From the NCBI RefSeq assembly GCF_000299365.1, contig NC_018655.1:1140001-1172000 (forward strand): a stretch of 32,000 nucleotides of DNA, read 5' to 3'. This DNA comes from Candidatus Nitrosopumilus koreensis AR1. Lineage in GTDB: Archaea; Thermoproteota; Nitrososphaeria; Nitrososphaerales; Nitrosopumilaceae. Positions within the stretch are counted from its first letter, which is position 1; each line of letters opens with the position of its first letter. The translations under genes and the position numbers were made by a program. The notes beneath the pieces are model-generated. The model saw nothing but the letters and a program-made list of their open reading frames with translations, was not told the origin of the DNA and searched no databases. Below, one piece after another: positions 26,928 through 32,000 of this stretch.

Positions 26928-27746
26928 TTATGTGCCAATCTGAATATCATTAGAACAGTATGTTTTCAGAGTTTGAATAGCAGATAGAATTGCCAATCTA
27001 CTAGTTTTGGGATTATTTACATCGGGAATATTTTCTATAGTAAAAGTCATCTTTCCAAATTTTCCTGTAGCCTCGATATGATGAGTATTCTTGTCAGTGT
27101 TTGGATCTGCAACGATTTTTACATTTGTTTTTGCGCTACCTAGTCCAATCAAGGATAAAAGTGCTGCAACATTGATGTTTGCAGGGAACAAGGATACTGC
27201 TGCTTTTGCAGTTCCTTCAAAAATAGTTGTAGCAGAATTAATTTCATCCAAATTGATGTTAGAAGTTTCAAAGAATTTTGCACCTTTTAGTGAGCGTGGA
27301 TGTTTTGATGTTGTGATAGATAGAGATTCTAATTCATCTTTAACAGATTTAATTCCATCCAGTCCTGCAATAGCACCTGAAGGAAGATAAATTGTTTTTT
27401 TAAAATCTTTGCATGCATCTGACAAAATATCATAGATTGATTCATCAAGTAATGCACCAACACTCATGATCATCAGATCTTTTTTGTTTTGTAAAACACT
27501 TAGTGCTACATCTTTTACTGCATCTTGAGATGCAGCTTCTACAACAATATCTATTGGCTGAGAGGACAAAAGGTGAGGATTTTCAACAATTTCAGGTTTG
27601 TTTGTTAATTTTTGAACAAGTGATGCAGAAGCATCTTTAGACGCATCATAAACATGAGTAAGAGTTGCAGGAAAAGTCCCAGATTCTATTGCTAATGCTA
27701 TTTGAGTTCCCATTGAACCACACCCTAGAAGAGCTATTCGTTTCAA
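26928..27746 (-). CDS. nadX: L-aspartate dehydrogenase
   Basis: 272 aa with a TTG start. IALLGCGSMG, SVGALLD, PSGAIAGLDG, FPANINVAA and NPKTSRLAILS are typical of NadX. Confidence 0.85.
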   Translation of the reverse strand: MKRIALLGCGSMGTQIALAIESGTFPATLTHVYDASKDASASLVQKLTNKPEIVENPHLLSSQPIDIVVEAASQDAVKDVALSVLQNKKDLMIMSVGALLDESIYDILSDACKDFKKTIYLPSGAIAGLDGIKSVKDELESLSITTSKHPRSLKGAKFFETSNINLDEINSATTIFEGTAKAAVSLFPANINVAALLSLIGLGSAKTNVKIVADPNTDKNTHHIEATGKFGKMTFTIENIPDVNNPKTSRLAILSAIQTLKTYCSNDIQIGT

Positions 27747-27905
27747 TCAAAATATCTAGAAAACATCGGTTAATTAATCTAGAATAATCAGGTATTATTT
27801 TCCAAACAAATTGTAATGTAGGCACAAAACTACCAAAATCTATCTAATCCAGAATCATCTTTTAGAAATTTTCAGAGGTTATTAAAAAAATAGAAAAAAA
27901 TAGTG

Positions 27906-28448
27906 TTAAGATAGTTCTGCACTACCAAACAACACACTAAATGCTTGACACCAAATCAAGACCTTGTTGTATTTTGTCAGATCAGTATCAACAGGGATTT
28001 CATAGTTTTGATTTCCCTTGTTTGCTTTGAGTTCACCTAGATTCACAAACTCTGAGGCATCATCATCAGTTGCTAAGTAGACATACAAATCAGGACCATT
28101 AGTGGATTTGAAATTCTCTAATCGTAAGACGTTGCCACCATCTGCAAGAGGAATAGTGTATGCATCACCTTGTGCATCATGAATTCCATCACCTACACCG
28201 ATAAAAGTTCCAGAATAAGAAACAGGAATTGTTTCTTCCATCATAGTTTCTTCCATCATAGTTTCTTCCATCATAGTTTCTTCCATCATAGTTTCTTCCA
28301 TCATAGTTTCTTCCATCATAGGTTGAACAACTGCATCAGTAGGCAATGCCTCATCAATACTAGATTCTGTAAAATAAGGAGATATTGCAAATACAGATAC
28401 AGAGCCAATAATTGCTATTGCAATAATTGGTATCAGATATTTGTTCAT
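27906..28448 (-). CDS. Secreted or anchored DM13 domain protein with a Met/Glu-rich (MMEET)x6 linker
   Basis: 180 aa with an N-terminal anchor IPIIAIAIIGSVSVFAI. C-terminal DM13-like G.FIGVGDGIHDAQGDAYTI...LRLENFKSTNGPDLYVYL... Confidence 0.75.
   Translation of the reverse strand: MNKYLIPIIAIAIIGSVSVFAISPYFTESSIDEALPTDAVVQPMMEETMMEETMMEETMMEETMMEETMMEETIPVSYSGTFIGVGDGIHDAQGDAYTIPLADGGNVLRLENFKSTNGPDLYVYLATDDDASEFVNLGELKANKGNQNYEIPVDTDLTKYNKVLIWCQAFSVLFGSAELS
28231..28320. repeat. Perfect tandem repeat, 6 x 15 bp (gtttcttccatcata), inside the DM13 gene
   Basis: Counted directly: six identical units. On the minus strand it encodes MMEET x6. Confidence 0.95.
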
Positions 28449-28485
28449 ATAGAAAAGATTGAGTTTTTACTATAAAGGGGGTTTT

Positions 28486-28513
28486 CCAAATGTGTACCAA
28501 ATGTGTACCAAAT
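28486..28513. repeat. About 2.5 copies of an 11-bp tandem repeat (ccaaatgtgta) upstream of the DM13 gene
   Basis: ccaaatgtgta ccaaatgtgta ccaaat lies 38-65 nt upstream of start 28448, distal to a TATA-like TTTATAG (28470-28476, minus strand). Confidence 0.8.
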
Positions 28514-28607
28514 CTTCAAACAACGATTACAATCGAACCTAGCATATTTTTAATAATATTATTTATTTTCAAAATAAATTAATTCGAGAAAATGAGATTG
28601 TTATCAG

Positions 28608-29198
28608 TTAGTCAATTCTAGGGAAATTATTTCCTAAAGAGAATTTTTTAGCAAAAAACACCAATCCTATAATAGAAATTGCCAAAATCAGAGTCACATA
28701 TGCACCAAATTCAGGAATTACGTTTGTGCCAATGATTTCTACATGTTTTGTATTTTCAGAAATTATCATTCCAATTACATAACCATCAGGCATTTTCATT
28801 ATATCATATCCAGTGTCCACGCCATCAATCAACACTTGATATTTTTCCTTCTCAGCAGTTAGAACTTCAAAAGGTACCCTTACCCAAAAATCTGTTTTTT
28901 CTGGAACTTCTTTAAAAGCAACCTCTATGGATTTGTTTTCTTGATTGATAGTCATTTCTTTGACAGTTGGATCACCTAAGCCCTCAGTCATAGAGTCATC
29001 CATGCTTCCATGATAACCATAGTAAACATCATAAGAAATTTCATCAAATTCAAAGACAAATTTTTCAGCTTCTAATTGAGAGATATCAAGATACTGTGCA
29101 AATGCTTCAACGCCTAAAACATGTTCAGCATACACATTTGTTGGAAATATGATTAACAGAGAAAACATCATTACAAAAAGAAAAATTTGATTTTTCAT
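28608..29198 (-). CDS. Secreted protein with a PEFG-type C-terminal sorting/anchor signal
   Basis: 196 aa. N-terminal signal (IFLFVMMFSLLIIFPTNVYA). C-terminus is VIPEFG followed by the TM helix AYVTLILAISIIGLVFF and then KK. Confidence 0.65.
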   Translation of the reverse strand: MKNQIFLFVMMFSLLIIFPTNVYAEHVLGVEAFAQYLDISQLEAEKFVFEFDEISYDVYYGYHGSMDDSMTEGLGDPTVKEMTINQENKSIEVAFKEVPEKTDFWVRVPFEVLTAEKEKYQVLIDGVDTGYDIMKMPDGYVIGMIISENTKHVEIIGTNVIPEFGAYVTLILAISIIGLVFFAKKFSLGNNFPRID

Positions 29199-29321
29199 AA
29201 TATTGCTAAAAGATTATCAAATATAATGAATTAGTAAATTTTCATACTTGATTTTCTGAATTGAGGTAAGTAGAATGATTTATCATTAAGTTATTTATGT
29301 AAAGAAATTCAAAAATATCCA

Positions 29322-30269
29322 TTGAAAGTTTTGCAGATTTTTTTAATTTGCACAGTATTTTGTATCATTTTCAGTCAACCATCATTTGCAGATCTAGAAT
29401 CACCAAGAAAACAAATCAAATTTGGTATTGCGCCAGAAAAAATAACATGTAATGAAGGATTGGTTTTGGTGTTAAGAACATCAGGAATGCCAGCCTGTGT
29501 AAAGCCAACTACTGCAGAGAGATTAGAAGATAGAGGATGGAAACAAATTATTCAAAAGTTTGAGACGGCAGGAAGAGAAATTGAGACAATCCCTGCATCA
29601 CAGGGTTCTATTGTAAATTTCTATATCACAGATGATGATCTAAACACAAGTCACAGTGGGATAGACACAATTAGTACAGAGGATCTGTTTGAATTTACAA
29701 TTAACGGAATTCCGATTAACGGTCCGCCAACAATGATTGAGACAGGACCAGATACAGGAAAATTCTATTTGAAATTAGATTTGCCTAGCGAAATTAATGG
29801 AAAGGCAATTACACAAAATGATGTAGTTCTGATTCGTTATCTGGACCAAACAGACGCTGCAGGTGAAAAAAGAGTGGTTACAAAATCAGTTGTACTCAGT
29901 CAAACATTTGCCAAAGTTGAGACATCAGGAGGAGGTTCAAGGATTGGACACGAATTTACTTTGAGAATTTACGAGCCGGATGCCAACATAGATTCCAAAG
30001 ATGAAGACAAGATTTCTCTGAGTCTTTTTGAGTATAGAGGAGATGGAGGAATAAGAACAACACTTGCAAATCCAAAATTTGATGCAAACTCTAGATTTTT
30101 GATCGAAACAGGTCCCAACACAAACACATTTGAAGTAAAAATTAAGATCCCAAGAGAGATAGATGGGAAGATAATTCACATAGGAGACAAGTATGAGATT
30201 AGATACATCGATAGAAGTACACCATCTGGAACAGAAGAGAAAATAATTTTCAAAGGAAGGATTGGATAG
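29322..30269 (+). CDS. Secreted protein with two copies of an internal ~95-aa domain
   Basis: 315 aa with a TTG start and a signal peptide (LICTVFCIIFSQPSFA). Two related segments carry ETGPDTGKFYLKLDLPSEINGKAI....D.V.IRYLD and ETGPNTNTFEVKIKIPREIDGKII....D.YEIRYID. Confidence 0.6.
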   Translation: MKVLQIFLICTVFCIIFSQPSFADLESPRKQIKFGIAPEKITCNEGLVLVLRTSGMPACVKPTTAERLEDRGWKQIIQKFETAGREIETIPASQGSIVNFYITDDDLNTSHSGIDTISTEDLFEFTINGIPINGPPTMIETGPDTGKFYLKLDLPSEINGKAITQNDVVLIRYLDQTDAAGEKRVVTKSVVLSQTFAKVETSGGGSRIGHEFTLRIYEPDANIDSKDEDKISLSLFEYRGDGGIRTTLANPKFDANSRFLIETGPNTNTFEVKIKIPREIDGKIIHIGDKYEIRYIDRSTPSGTEEKIIFKGRIG

Positions 30270-30334
30270 ATGGATCAGTTTTGTCAAAGTTCAGTATAAC
30301 CTAAAGATTTTATTCAAACCAACAAACTATTGTT

Positions 30335-31170
30335 GTGCTCAATACCGTATACAAAGATGCAATAATCAACAGGGACAAGATGTTATCTATTCTCAAAGGT
30401 CCAAAATTTGAGCAGATTTTACAAAAAGCAAGAGAAAATTGGGTGGAATTTACGCCTGTGAAAGAAGAAGCAGTTACAGCAGGAATTGATTCTAGTTTTA
30501 ACAATACAAAATTTCAAGGGATTGAGCTTTGGGCAACTACAGCAGTTTCCATTAAAGCAGATGGAGAAATATTAGTAGATTTACATGAGTCAGGATTAGG
30601 ATCAGATACTGATCTTTCAAGAATTGCAAGTAAAATGGAAATTGATGCCTGTGAAAAAACCATAGATCAGGTTGATTTGGTATTGATGGATGGTTCTTTG
30701 CATTCCCAGTTTATGACCAGACAATCAGCTTTAGATGCACAAGTTGTCAGAACAATGAAAAAAAAGACAATGTAATTTTTATTGCAAAAACATCAAACAC
30801 AAAAAAACAATTTGAAAAATTAGGTTCGCTTGCAGGAGATATTTTTTATTATAATCATGTTACAAAAGGTCCAGGATTCAGTAAGTTATTTGTAGAAAAA
30901 AAATATGGAACTGACAAAATCATATCATCAACATTTGTAAGATTAAGTGATTCTACACCAATTATCAAGTTAGAATTTCTTGGAGAACAGCATGATGAAA
31001 AAGAGATAAAATTAGTCATAAACAAACTATACAAAACAAGTATTGGAGGATATCCATACGCATTAAAACTTGCACATAATAACTGTAAAATATCTGATAA
31101 AGAGCTTGCAAAGATGGTTAGTTTGTTAGGTCTAAGTAACGAGATTGGTTCACGTGAGGTACTGGGTTGA
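30335..31170 (+). CDS. nurA: NurA 5'-3' nuclease, frame broken in an A8 run (30758-30765)
   Basis: ORF 30335..30775 (GTG start) has GIDSS and DGSL NurA motifs. My translation of the next frame from 30766 is open to TGA 31168-31170: DNVIFIAKTSNT...GGYPYALKLAHNNCKIS... is a NurA C-terminal half. The frames join if A8 is A9. Confidence 0.8.
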
Positions 31171-32000
31171 GTCTGGGTTTTGTTGTTGGTGAATCCAAAC
31201 CAACATTTGTTACTGCAATTACACAGAGAGCATTATCAGTTGGAGAATACATCAAAATATCTTCAGATGAAGGAGAGATTTTAGGATTAGTTGAAAAATC
31301 AGCAGTGTCTAGTGCTGCCTTTGCAGATGTTAAGAATTTTGATGAAGCATCAGAGAGCACAGAAATTGCAGAGATAAACAAGCGTGACAAAACATTTACT
31401 GCACATATTGGAATTTTGGGTTTTTTAGAAAACTTGAGGAAGGGTCAATCAATAATACCTGCAATACCACCAATCCCAGGCACTGAAATCACCCAACCAA
31501 GCAAGCAAGACCTAGAAGAGATTTTTAGTCCAAAAAATGAAGGATGGGTAAAGATTGGAAATCTTTTGAGAAATAAAACAATCGATGCGAAAGTAAACTT
31601 GGACAAAATTGTTTCAAGACATCTAGGAATTTTAGCGATGACAGGAATGGGGAAAAGTAATCTTGTATCACTAGTTACAAAACAGATTTCAAAACTAAAA
31701 GGCACCGTAATAATTTTTGATTATCATAATGATTACACGGCACTAAACATTCCACTAATCAATGTAATAGATGCAAAGATCAATCCAAGATTACTCGATG
31801 CAGACCAACTCTCAGAAGTTTTAGAAATTAGAGATGGTGCAAATGTTCAACAACGTGTTTTAAGAATGGCATTCACAAAACATGTCAAAGAATCAAAAGA
31901 GTTTTGGAGTAAATTAGAAAACGAGGTAGATTTTATTGTTAATTCAGAAGACAAAAAGCTAAAAGAGATCAGAACGTCAGCATATAGAGTTCAAGACATC
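31167..32000 (+). CDS. herA: HerA-type (DUF87) hexameric ATPase/helicase, N-terminal part (runs off window)
   Basis: Hand translation of the frame open from 31158 to the window end: (TTG)SLGFVVGESKPTF...HLGILAMTGMGKSNLVSLV...IIFDYHNDY, with Walker A GMGKSN. The TTG start overlaps the nurA stop (TTGA). It is missing from the ORF track because it has no stop in the window. Confidence 0.8.
   Translation, partial: MSLGFVVGESKPTFVTAITQRALSVGEYIKISSDEGEILGLVEKSAVSSAAFADVKNFDEASESTEIAEINKRDKTFTAHIGILGFLENLRKGQSIIPAIPPIPGTEITQPSKQDLEEIFSPKNEGWVKIGNLLRNKTIDAKVNLDKIVSRHLGILAMTGMGKSNLVSLVTKQISKLKGTVIIFDYHNDYTALNIPLINVIDAKINPRLLDADQLSEVLEIRDGANVQQRVLRMAFTKHVKESKEFWSKLENEVDFIVNSEDKKLKEIRTSAYRVQDI

Noticed and set aside
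28231-28320. Possible CRISPR array suggested by the regular repeats
   Set aside because: The units are contiguous 15-mers with no spacers, sit inside an ORF and keep its frame. This is a coding tandem repeat, not a CRISPR array. I saw no cas genes.

Overview
This is an AT-rich archaeal chromosome segment. The gene content includes Rpo7/Spt4, aEF-1beta, Pth2, Cdc48, NurA-HerA, membrane H+-PPase, heme O synthase, cupredoxin proteins, a PEFG-type C-terminal anchor and NadX/NadA/NadC. From this I infer a marine ammonia-oxidising thaumarchaeon (Nitrosopumilus-like). Most of the window is ordinary housekeeping. The exception is about 15.43-21.26 kb, a 5.8 kb insertion-like island. It is bounded by a perfect 18-bp direct repeat, with 19/20-matching inverted repeats just inside each copy. 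It encodes five uncharacterised proteins and no recognisable integrase or transposase. Two are large, divergently transcribed proteins that each carry a C-terminal HEPN-type R-H-K-x-x-H motif. The others are a 638-aa single-pass membrane protein, a multi-pass membrane protein and a 79-aa helical protein. I consider this the best candidate for an undescribed defence or abortive-infection-like module, but its function is inference only. Other observations follow. A C/D-box sRNA candidate abuts the island. Three core genes (truD, nadA, nurA) are each broken by a 1-nt indel in a poly-A run. A perfect 6 x 15-bp repeat encodes (MMEET)6 in a secreted DM13 protein, and an 11-bp tandem repeat lies in that gene's promoter. 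A 36-aa Cys-rich micro-ORF falls below the ORF-track cutoff. I found no tRNA, rRNA or CRISPR array.
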